DNA of 64,000 nucleotides from Chrysomallon squamiferum (Eukaryota; Animalia; Mollusca): NCBI GenBank assembly GCA_012295275.1, contig CM022672.1, positions 23,994,001 to 24,058,000 of the forward strand, read 5' to 3'. Shown piece by piece: positions 49,451 to 62,100 of this stretch (position 1 is its first letter; each line of letters starts with the position of its first letter). The notes under the pieces were generated by a model. It saw only the letters and a program-made list of their open reading frames with translations, ran no database searches and was not told where the DNA came from. The position numbers and the translations under genes were made by a program.

Positions 49451-52400
49451 GAAAGGATCACAAAAAAAACAAAAACAAAACAACAGAATTGGAATCAAAT
49501 AAGAAATTTTACAAAAGGGTTATAATATCTGACAGAATACCATTAGAAAGAAAACCAATGAGGAAATGGAAATATTCATGAATAAATGAAGTCATTCCTT
49601 TTACAAAAAACATTCTAATTCAGATATGTAATTCATTTTTCTTTTATTATTATTATTATTATTATTAAGACTTACTATTTTAGAAAGAGGAGGTGTTTTA
49701 GTGCATTGGTTTAGCAGGTGTATTTTAGTTTATTGTCATTAATCTGGAAGCAGCCAGTTTGATTTCTACTAACGTTCATTTTATAGCCTCTTTCTTTAAA
49801 TTATTTATTTACGGCTATACAAAGTCTTTTGTTGCTAAATACAAGAGAAGATGTACTGGCATTAACTATCGTTTACGATTTTAGACCTCTTTGAAATCCC
49901 TTATCAAATATTAATCTGAAGTCTTTGAAGTTCATCAAACAGGTTCGCTGACTGCTACTGTTTAGTGTAAAATAAAAACTCAAACCTGCACTGGAGAAAA
50001 ATTGACTAGATTATATTTTATAATTTTGTATATTTTTTTATCGGGTATTTGTTGTAGTTGCATTTTTAAAGCATTTTTTGTTTGTTATTTTGTTTTTGTT
50101 GTTTTTGGGGCTGATTTGTTTTTCTTTTTAGGTGTTTCATTTATTATTATTATTAATTTTTTTTTGTATTCTTTTGTTGTGGGTTTTTGTTCGAGATGTT
50201 TCCTTTCCTGTATTTGTTAAAGAGAAAACATACTGCGGCTTATCCAAGTATTTTATCAGCAAATGATTCTGATATAACAGTTATGGACACTGACGAGGAC
50301 GGGAGAGAGTCCAATAGCCCAAAAGATCAAATCTGTGATCCGTCACACTATTCAACAGTAGTCTGCTCCCATAGCTGTTATATGTTTGTTACGGAGTAGT
50401 TTGATTTTGATTTTTTTGTTAAAACAACAACAGAGAACTGAATAGCAAAATGCCAGAGTAAGATCGTGAAAATTTCAAGTTCAGTAATTAAAGGTGTTTT
50501 TTTTTTTTTTTTTTTTTTTTCTAAAGGTTTCTAGTTGATTTCACTGAATCACTACCAAATTATCATCAGCATTATTATTATTATGAAAAATAATCAATTT
50601 TTAATGTGATAAAAAGATAATTTAAGATATTTTTAATTACGTCATAATTTGTGCGTTAACTGAAGCATATTTACATTCAAGGAGCTATTGGAGAAATATT
50701 GATCTTTTTATAATGTTTTCAAAACATATCGAAAGCGTAGAAAGGGTTTGTTTATTTATTTATTTATTATTATTCTATTTTTATATTCTTGTTTTATTTT
50801 TTTTAATAACAATTTTTATCAAAATTTGATTTTAATTAAAATAATAATAATGATAATATAAATAATAATAATAAAACCAAATACTTCATCCTCCACTACA
50901 AATACAACAACTACTTCTACTGCTACTACTACTACTACTATTGCTAACAAACAAACAAGCAAAAAAAAAAATGAAATACAAAACAAAACAATAAAACAAA
51001 CAAATAAATAAATAAATAAAATCTATAAATATTCCATTCCTGCATTTTCTTAAAATTATTAACCATTTTGTTTTTTTATTTTACATAAAGAAAATTATTC
51101 TAGTTATCCTTTTTATTCCTTCTCTCGGCTGAAAGTTATTATATTTTTTTGTTTTATGGTAATAATATAGTATTACTTAATAACTGTTGATTAACTACTG
51201 TACCGTAATCCTGTTAATGTAAATACTTTTAATGTCCTCCTTTTTATCTTTTTTAATTTTAATTTTTTTTTAATTATTATTATTCTTTTCAATTTTTTTT
51301 GGTATATATATTTTTTTATTATTTTTTTTTTTTTTTCATTTTCTTAGGGCATTATCCAAATCAAATATTTGCACCAACTTCTTTGTTTTTTTGGTTTGTT
51401 TAATTGTCGTTGCATTATCACCTAACTGCTTAAAACTGGGACATGTTCCAGGACACCAATAAAATTTCCATTAAACTGAATGATTTTACTAGCAAGTCCT
51501 TAGGGATTGCACGTTAACTGAATACACGTTTTTTGGTTTCATCCTAATTGCAACGTGTGGCCTGTTACAAGAGACAACAGAAAGCTGAGAGTTGATATAG
51601 GCTGCTTGATGGCAGTGAATCTGTTATCGGATTTATTTGGACCTTGAGACCAGATTAATCCCGGATGCTTTCTAAAAATTAAATTTCATCAGGAAAGTAT
51701 GCGCTTTTACCGAATTAAGAACATTTTTTAATCAATGTACTGACTTCTAGAGACAAAAAGGCGTTCACCAAATTTGAAGTTCAGATTTCCCAAAAGAAAA
51801 AAGGTCCATTCCTATCAGCAAAGAACATGTCCACTTGAAGTTCTTTATTCTTTCTTTCAGTCAATCTAGTGGTTATTATATTTAATATCTTCTTTTTCAA
51901 TGCAGATAATATTTCCCAATTTCTTGCTGTAAATATCGTGAATGAAGAGTAATTAATTTCAAGTTTACGGTATTAATATTTTTTACTATATAACAAATAG
52001 CATTATAGATTGTTAACCCATAGGACATGTTTTGGGGATTTTTTTATTTCCTATCGAGTTCTTTATCCCTTCGTAAATTTGAAAAAAGCTTTAACAAAAT
52101 ACAGAATCTCCCATCATTTTGGGTTCGACATTTCTTTTTCTATTAGTACTATAATTCCCGAGAGTTCGGTACAAGTATTTTTACCATTTCGTGTTGCTGA
52201 CATTATTTTTTTGTATTTATTTATTTGTATTTATTTATAATCTAAACAACGATTCTCAATCAGACTACACGTACAGTCTCTCCTTTTTCATATCATTGAT
52301 CAAATACGTTATTGTCATTATTTCATATTTTCTTATTTCTATTTTTCTCTAATACAAAACAAATCTGATAAGTTATTAATTAATCTTCACCACCAAATTG

Positions 52401-53253
52401 TATTGAAACAGGAGATAATGGATTTTGAGTGTCACCATCGATGCTATTGTCTTTAACAGCGACTGTAAATTTTTGTTTGGTTTGTTGAACAAGACACATA
52501 AATCAATTATTTCCTCATCTTGCTTTCAAATGATTTCAAACAACACAGCCAAAGTAATTGAGTTTTAGAGAAATCAGTGTTGGCATTCGTTGATCGTTAG
52601 TTTTAGGAGTTCTGCCTAACATATTTCGTATAATGTAAATCAAACCTTTTGGCGTCGAATGCTTGTTGACAAAACACCTCCAGAAATTTAGTTTTCATCG
52701 AAGTCAACAGTTGTGATCAAATTTAACATTTATTAGTTCTGACTAAATAATTTGTTCACTTGTTTCATATTAGTTTTAATATGTGTGGAAAAATATGTTG
52801 TTGTTTTTGTAATCGAATTTTTCAATAAAAAATAATAATAATATAATGATGATGATGATGATGATGATAAGCCAAAATCCACGATTTAGTGTCTCTGTAA
52901 CGTGTTTTTTTTAAGTCATTTTATTAAATAACTTTTATACTCATCTTCGAAAATGTTCACCTTATTGACCAAGAAAAAACGTCGATCATATTCTAATTAC
53001 ACGTAAAATTTACCTATTAATTAATTTATTAAAATACATTTAATATCAGTGTTTGTCTTCTACATTAATATTCAGAGCACCAAAAGTGCGACATTTTAAC
53101 AATGATTAGCTACGTTTTCTGTGATTCCCGTTATTTGTTCTCAGATGATATCTGAATTCTGTAGGAATTCAGCAAATTATAATGTTTTTTTTTTGTTTTT
53201 AATATATTTTCAGATTATAAAGACGTATATTAACAGTGTCTACAAGCAGCATC

Positions 53254-54369
53254 ATGAATCTCCTCGCCTTGTCAGTATGTGTGTGTTTCGTTATGCTGGA
53301 GATAGGTTCAGCAGGTGCTTATGGTAAGTGCAGGAGCAGGCGCTGCATTACACTTTCAACCATTAAACATCAAACGTTTGTAATATCCAGTGAATAATTT
53401 CTTAACAAATCACTTTCATTTTGATGAAGTAATTTAATTAAATACGAAAAGATAAATTTAAATTGTTAACAAAATATATATTATGTACCAGATATTAATC
53501 TCATCCTGGAAGATATTTGTAAGCATATTGTAATCATTTAAAACTGATATCAATACAGACTTATAAAATAGTAAATGCTATTCTATTCACAGATATATTA
53601 TGTCTTTACTTTCGTATCAGTTCTAAATCATTAAATTTGTATACTACTACTACTACTTCTACTACTACTATTATTATTACTATTACTACTTTTTTTCAGA
53701 CTGGGATCTATCGGACGAAGCAGATGTATCTAATGATGAGAATTTAATTACAGATAAAAGGTAAGTAGTCAGAAACCTGCAGTATATTTACATTGTCCGC
53801 TTTAATCCAATAAAAACAGGAGATTCTTGTTAGCCCTTCTTCCATTAGACTGATAAAGTTTGCATGGTTGTTACTATAGTGTTTCTGTGTAGTCAAACTG
53901 TAAACCATTGGTCTGGAAACTATTTCAGTTATTATTATTATTACATATATTTAAATAATTTATACAGTGACAATATTCGTAATGATTTCGTTGTCCTTTA
54001 TGTCAGTATTAGTGTTGTTACATCTTCTGTTAGTAAATGCACTAGAATTAACGTTAGTTTCTGTAGCAGAATTCACATTAGTACGTGTATTTGTATTCTG
54101 ATGATTTATGTATTCTAACGTTTATACTGTGCTGTTGTATTTGTATAAGCGTTAAGCTCAATAAGATTTATTTATTGACACACTTACAAACCTTGCAAAG
54201 GGCGAACATAAACCCAAAACAAGTCAATGGAATCAAACAAATGATAAAGATTTTAAGCAAATCAAATATTACATCTGTTCAGTCTGAAATTATGTCCCAG
54301 GTACCAAAGGAACATTTCTTGTAAATTTATAAAGTTTGTTATAGACGAAAAAAACCAACAAAAAAAAAT

Positions 54370-54400
<31 letters not shown>

Positions 54401-54864
54401 AAAAAATAAAAATACATTTCATCAAAGAAGGACCTGAGGAAGAAATTATACTATCAAAGAAGCTTTATTTAAATCTTCAAGTAGCTATGCAATTTCCCTG
54501 TGTCCCGGTGTTCCAGTTCACTACGATTTCTAGCTAAAAAGTGCAGATGTCCTTTGTAATAAAAATATTGATTAACTTAGAGAACATATGACAGCATCCA
54601 CAGCATCCAACTTCCCAGTATGAACTTTATTTCATTATTTTGGGTTTTTCTTTTTTTAAATGCGTATACGAATACACCTAAAAATACTTAAATTTACAAG
54701 CATGCAAACACGCGCAAACAACACGCACGCACATACCTACAGACACATTCAGTCTAAATGAAAACACAGAACAACGAGTCTTCTCCCCATCCCATCACCA
54801 AAATTTAGATTTCATTATCATCAAAACCATAGAAATGATGTTTATTTTGAAATATACTGATGTA

Positions 54865-54930
<66 letters not shown>

Positions 54931-56868
54931 GTAATAGTAATAAATAAATAAGAAATAATAAGAAATATTTTTACAAACAGTATAATAAAAAGAAAAAAAA
55001 AAAAAAAAAAAAGAACATTATGCATTTGTATTATGTTGTCCACCCCCAACAAATTCCATATTTAAATAACACTTTTACATAGATGGTCAGTAATAAACCA
55101 CGTACAGCCTGTGGCAACCACTTATACGATATAAGACGGTCTGCTGTGTCTGCTTCAAGACTTCTGATGAACTGCAATTTATAGACAGAGGACCGGACTA
55201 AGGCATAAAGGTTTCCTTATAAGTAGTATGTTACTGTGAAAGGATTCTTTCAACAAGCGTGTCAGAGATATTTATTGATCACAGTCAGTTACCTAATGGC
55301 GGCAAGCATTTGTTTATAAAGGTTATTGGTTCAGATGATGGGATCGTGACATTAAAATTTAAGGAACAAAAGTAAACCATAAAAGCACATCCTTCTGCGT
55401 ATTTTGTCACAAGAAAAAAAGAAGGAAAGAAAAGAAAATATTTGCGTAAGCTGCTCTAAGATATCAGAGTAAAAAACGTGTGGTTCTTTTGTGGAAAGCA
55501 AAAAACCACTTGAGCCTCGAAAATTTGTAATATAGCCATAAGAAATCTTGTGAATGGCTTCTTGTAGACACGAAAGTTGTTTGTTTTGCAGATCATAGAT
55601 TATAACTTTAAGTTTCTGGTCAAAAAAAAAAAAAAAGAAAGACTACAGGAAAGAGAATTGCAGACATATAATAACATAACATTAATTTCTTTTTTGACAA
55701 ATATCCTAAAGCAGATCACGATTTTTACATATCTTTTTTTTTTTTTTTTTTTTTGCCACTGAAGCCACTCTAACAGAGCATTACAACATTAATTACATTT
55801 GTTTTTAATTGATGCAAGGCAATTGAAATTTAAAAAATAAAATATTCGGTCAATAAATATTAATATCTATTTACTCAGTCTAACATTTTGGAATATTTTG
55901 AAAAAAAGTTAACCTCGGTTACAGATGCTGATGAAATGGAGAGAGAAAAAAAAAAAAGCTGTGCTCTGGGCGAAGCATGTCGAACCTTTGGCTACACATT
56001 AATTAGTTTTTAGAAAACCACGTTTCTTATTTGCATTCCATAAACATCTACCATCTCGAAGGTAGCCTTGGAGAAATTGTTTAAGAAAGCACAGCAGAGA
56101 GAGACAGAGTTAAAAAAAAAAAAAAAAGATAATCTCATTTAATTTTCATATATATATATATTTTTTAAATAATATTTTGAGAACATCAGATTTTATCCTT
56201 TTGTCTGTTTTCCTTGTTTCATCTTTTTCTTGTCGTTCTTATAATTTCTTATATATATTAAATTATATTGAAATCTATCAAATGTAACAAAAAGCAATAG
56301 ATGTAGTTCTACCACATTCAAAATACCAGTTGATGTCAGTATAAAGTGGCTGAAATTTATTCTAGAAAGTGATTTAAAATATCGAATTTGTCAAAATAAA
56401 TGAGAAAGTAGTTAATTAGAAAATACCAAGATATCTCAATTCGAGCATCAGCTGTCGGGTTTAAATCGATAGATAACAGATAAACAGAGAGACTGACAGA
56501 CAGATAGACAGATAGATAAAATGAGTCCAAAACAGTAAAACTAAAAGTTACATAATTACTACGATGAAAACGCAGTATTTTGTTTTGATTTTCTTTTGCG
56601 GGGAATATTGATTATATATTTAATGTCTTCTGCACGAATTCCAGTTTAACCGAAGCCTCCCACACTGTTTTATGAGTTATTTCAGTGTAGATAAATCTTA
56701 GCTAACAAACTGTAATAATAGATCAAACTTGTAATTAGGCGTTTATGGGAAAAATATATATATACAACATGTATGTAAATTTGTTTTATTAATAAATGTT
56801 CAGCATTGAAAAAGGTTGAATTAAATGACAGTACCAAAGAAATAATAATAATAATAATAATAATAATA

Positions 56869-56912
<44 letters not shown>

Positions 56913-58204
56913 AAAATGTTTTGCTAATTTATTTTTCAAATTTTTTTGTTTTTTTGTTGTTTTTTTCTGAAGAAAGAGAATTATAGAATAAGTCTAATGT
57001 GAAATCAAATCCTGGATTTGTGCACTTTGCACTTTTTGCTTTATCGTGCATGATGACGTCACTGCGTGTTTCATACTGGTTCTGGACGTTATGTTTCAGA
57101 TATGCCAGACTGTCGTACTATCAGGAACCTTCGTCCAGAAACTATCGCCGACGTAACCGAGTATCCAGGTCAGACCACGTGATTAGCCTTTTTTTTTGTT
57201 TAAAAAATCGAAACGAAAATAATAAAGGAAGAGGAAAAGAAAAGAAAAGAAGATTTTAGGAATGCTGAGTTGGATTAAATAAGCGGAAAAAAAAATAATA
57301 ATAAATAAAATAATAAAATAAAAAGAAGAAGAAGCAGTCAAGATTAAAATCCATAATAAATAATTATAAAATAAAATAAATAAATAAATACAATTTTGTC
57401 CTACATCTGCTAAAGGCTTCCGAAAACATCTTATATTAAAAAATACAAAAAAATAAAGAAATAAAATATGTATGTATGTATATATTGTGTGTGTCAATGG
57501 AAAAAGACATTTGTATTCAGATTAATTAATTATTATGTAGTGATGAATGTTATGTTTTGTTACTAAATATTCTGTCAGTATGTCTTCAAGCTAAAGTGTC
57601 CTCGTAGTTTTGCAAAGCATGTGGCATCGTCTTGATAGTAAATTAGTTTACTTTAGTCAATAATTAGTTTGAACATGCTTAGATATAGAGTCGCTTCAAA
57701 AGTAAAATCACAATCACAATCACAGTATCTTCCCCTTTTCCTTTTTTCTGATCGGTTTTTCACAGTCCAAAATGCACGGTTTGGAGAAACCTAGAAGAGA
57801 GAAAACGAATTCATGAAAAATAACACTCAGACTGTACTTTTTAATTCTAACCGATTGTTAATGTTTTATAGACTTCTAGAGTAAAAAATATGTAAATTTA
57901 CTCTGCAGTGATGTTTTTGTCTTATTCTTAAATAAATCATTTTAATTTAACTAATGATTCCAAATCCATTTTCGCCTTTACTGATTCTTAAAGTTTATTA
58001 AATTTATTCTTCTCAAATTATTATTTCAAGTTTTACGTTTATTTATTTATTTATTTATTTATTTATTCAGATATGCCCGGTTGTCATTTTACCGACCGTC
58101 TAGTCTGCCAAGAAGATACGGTTGGAGGCGAAGATATTCAAGGTAATAGATTATGAACATTATTATTAATCAGTGTTTGTTTGTGAATGTAGATATATAT
58201 GTTT

Positions 58205-58272
<68 letters not shown>

Positions 58273-59199
58273 CTGTAGTAACAATAAATAAATAAATACA
58301 TAAATAAATAAATATATAAATAAATATTAATGTCTGCCACAGAAATAAATATTGCGCCAACAAGTCTAAATAATCGCGGATTTTAGTTCACATCAGTGCT
58401 CATCTTCAGTTTTTGTATTGGCTGACGTATTCACACAGGAATGTGGTCTGGATAATCGAACATTCGTTTGGATTTAATTTGACAGCAGCTCAGCGCGGCA
58501 GTTACTTGTCATCAATAACAAGAAAAATGCCTTTACTTTTTAAATAAAAGAGTCTCTTGTCTAAAAGAGTGCCTTCCAGAATGTCAGAAAAAAAATAAAC
58601 TATTTATACAAATAATTTTTCCTCTACGTTTCAAAATGTAGTGATGACATTTGTGATTAAGAATACAGTAACGGTCTCATGTGAAGTTCTTTTCCAAGAA
58701 AATGACAAGTTTGGTCTTATTCAATATTTGTTTATACTATAATTATTATGTCATACATTTTAAATAGTTAAATAGAACCTTGAATTTTTTGTTTGTACAA
58801 ACAAATAGTTTATATCGTTATGTTTATTACAATCGATTGTTGGATTATATTAATATTATAATAATAACAATTACGGACAATCGGTTTCATTTTATTTCTT
58901 TTCCTTTTTTTAAATTTTTTTTTTTTTTTTTTTTTCTCCGAAATAATCTTTTATTATCGTTGTACGTGTTTTTAATTTTATATTTCAGTCGAATGATGCC
59001 GTGGGATTTTCTGCCACGTGGTTTCTGTTTGAGAAAACGCTGTCGCTCTATTTACGATTGCTGTCAGTCGCACAACCTCTGCGATCCAAACGCGAAGGTC
59101 TGCTACGACTGCTGGTATGGCCACCCATGCTCGAAAGACTCTGACTGCTGTCAGCGGTATCCACGCTGCAACCGATCACGAAAAACATGCACAGACTAA
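53254..59199 (+). CDS. Secreted prepropeptide with Arg/Tyr-rich repeats and a C-terminal double cystine-knot (ICK/knottin), 160 aa, 5 coding exons
   Basis: Exons 53254-53323 (acceptor before 53214; donor G|GTAAGT), 53700-53760 (AG|GTAAGT), 57100-57168 (AG|GTCAGA), 58071-58142 (AG|GTAATA), 58989-59199 (TAA). Phases 1,2,2,2 are all compatible; 483 nt. Product: MNLLALSVCVCFVMLEIGSAGAYDWDLSDEADVSNDENLITDKRYARLSYYQEPSSRNYRRRNRVSRYARLSFYRPSSLPRRYGWRRRYSSRMMPWDFLPRGFCLRKRCRSIYDCCQSHNLCDPNAKVCYDCWYGHPCSKDSDCCQRYPRCNRSRKTCTD. Confidence 0.88.
56841..56910. repeat. Inverted microsatellite (AAT)10-T-(ATT)13
   Basis: Self-complementary AT-only palindrome able to form a ~30-bp stem. Confidence 0.9.
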
Positions 59200-62100
59200 A
59201 CATAATGAACAGGACAAATAAACTGGACCGTGTCTTTGTAAAAGTAAAGAAAACAGTATACATGCATATACATTTTTCTCCTTCCGCGTGATATTTTCTT
59301 TAGTATGTTTATCAGCTCAAATATTAATTATCATACTAATACAGTAATAACTACAAAATCAATAATAATTATAAATAATTACCAAAAACGTATCTGCAAA
59401 GTTATTAAATGCTCTTTCAAACTTTCTTAATTTCTCTAGGTACAAGCCTGCAGAACAAATAAACATAATATGCCTGATATAAGACAAACTTGGAGGAAAA
59501 AATTAAATGAAGAGATAAACCGATTGTTCTTTAAATTCATCTGTATTTTCTCCTAATACTGAAAAAAGAATTAATCAGCATTAATCGTCTAAATATGTTT
59601 GCACCAATATAAGATTATTCTAGTGATAGGAAACGAGTTAATTCCATTGTTAATGTTCAGTCTCAAAGCTCAGTGTCAGAATTAATGTCATTTGGTTTGT
59701 CTGACTTTAGACTGTTAGCATAGATCTTCAACGACCTTCTTAAAAGAATAAATCATAGTAAGAGTAATGTGAATTATTGCAGAGAAGACTTGTCCATTTG
59801 TTGATAGTGGTCTGTTTATTTGGATAAATCCAATAGCAATGGATATCAGTTATTTTTTCTTTTTCTTTCTTTTTGATAATTGTAGCAAAATTTTATCATC
59901 TTATAATTAATTTATTATATTCAGTTAGAAGATATCAATGTATCAACTATAAATACAGAAGTTTTATGGAAATTATATATAAAATTATGTAAAAATCTTG
60001 AATCTTAAAATGCTTAAATGTTTGGAAATAGGTCTGAATATGATGTTGCTAGTTTGCTATTTATATATATACTAATAACTTAACATCAAATAATTTTTAT
60101 GGGGGAGGCTTAAAATTACAATCTATAAACAATATTCTGAAAATAAAGATTCATATAATAAACAGAAATGTTGTTATTTTTATTATCATTATTATATTGC
60201 AATTTCTAACATTAATAATTTTACTTTTTATTTTTTTTTTTTTTTCATTTTTAATTTTTCTTCTTTAATGTATACTTTAAAATTATTTTGGAAGTGATTT
60301 TTAAAAATGCTTTATTTTCGTATAACCTTCCAACAAACATGTTTTGTTTTTACACCATTCTGAATTGTCAGAATTATTTATTTCATTGCATTTATCATTT
60401 ATTTTGCTTTTCCATTTCCAGTGTTAACAATGCCTATTTCTAAATAATGTTAGACAAAACATGATGGTCTCACTCATATTCTGTGGAATGGGCATCCACA
60501 AAATAAATAGTAATAGTTTACACAAACAAAGAAGTGGGTCTAAAAATAACATTTTAATAATATTTCATTTAATAAGTTATGTATTTTATACTGTGATTCA
60601 TCTCTCAATGGTATTAACTAAATGAGGATTCCCAGAAACTTAAAGAACTGATATATTATTCATGTTAATCACTTTGTTGTCCATTTCCATAGAATAAATT
60701 AAACATGGTTTCTCTGAAAGTGTACAATGTCATTTGGTAACAAGCAAGAAAAAAAATAGAACTGGCTATCCAGCCAAATAGATTTATGAGACACTTTAAA
60801 AATGTAACATAATGTAGCATAAAAAAATAAATATTTAATCATAAATATATGTGTGTGTGTGTGTGTATTTGTGTATCTGTGTGTGGGTGTGGGTGTGTAT
60901 TAATATAACCATGAAATATTACAAAACAGAAATATATTGTAAACCATGTGTGTGTGTGTTAATGTAAACATGAAATATTACAAAAATGAGAAATATGAAA
61001 TACACGTGTCTTCAACATTATATGTAAATAATTTATATTTGTAAAAGGGTAGGATAATATAATTTCTTATAATATAAAATAATTTGGATTGAGAAGGGAA
61101 TTAATAGTTTCACACACACACACACACACATTTTACTCAATCAGTATTTTTACACATTTTAACCATGTGAAGATAATTAACCGAAGATAACTCATGATGA
61201 ATATACTTCATCAATATGAACTCTGATGATGTTCATACTCAAAATTTGACATGACCACCATCACTATTTCTAACCTCCAGTAGCAACACACATAAAACAA
61301 CATCAAATTATTCTGCCAGTCACTTTCTTGCTACTAAATAACATTTTTTAAAGCAGACATTCTGCTGCAATCCAGCCATAACATACACATCAACATGTAT
61401 TCAGAATCTAACAAAATAAATACACATTAAATTCTTCTGTTCATTGTAAAGCAAACTGATTTTTTGTTATTTTACAGATCTATATGTGAGTTTATTAAAC
61501 ATGATTTTTTTAATTTATAAATCAAGATACTAAAAATAAGGTAAATTCTAACCAAACTGGTCTTGTAATATAATTGTTTTTAAGTCCAGATTAAAAGCTA
61601 AATGCCAAAACCAACTTTAAATTATCAAAAGTATTCTTTTATTTTTTTTATTTTAATACCTTTTTCTTTATAATAATAATTTTATACTTAAAAAATAAAT
61701 AAATAAATAAAATAAAATAAAACACTTCAGAGCTTTTAATCATCAAATACTGAGTAAAATCGTATACAAGGCATATTATTTATGACTGAGTTATTGTCTG
61801 TACACACTGGTGGATTTTCCAGTAGTTTGGAAGTCTTTAATGCTTTCATCAAGGAGTACAGTCTGAAATGGATAAAAACTATTGATCCTGTAACCGCAAT
61901 TATTTCATGCACACAATATGTTCTCTGAATTCTTTTTAAAAATCTTCAAGCATAAGAATGTGACAAAAACATAATGTAGCTGTTTTCTTTTATTATTATT
62001 ATTATTATTATTATATTATTATTGGTATTATTATCATTATTATTATTATTAAATTTATATTTGTATTATTATTACTGTTATTTGTATTAAATATGCAAGA

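Noticed and set aside
50187-50399. GC-richer 70-aa ORF (MDTDEDGRESNSPKD...) in the knottin intron
   Set aside because: No convincing flanking splice sites or recognisable domain, and it is not needed for the gene model.
58989-59199. Assigning the Cys-rich peptide to agouti/AgRP, agatoxin-like peptide, prohormone-3 or a named conotoxin
   Set aside because: Cys number and spacing (two 6-Cys knots) do not match those families as I know them, and there is no agouti RFF motif; left unnamed pending a search.
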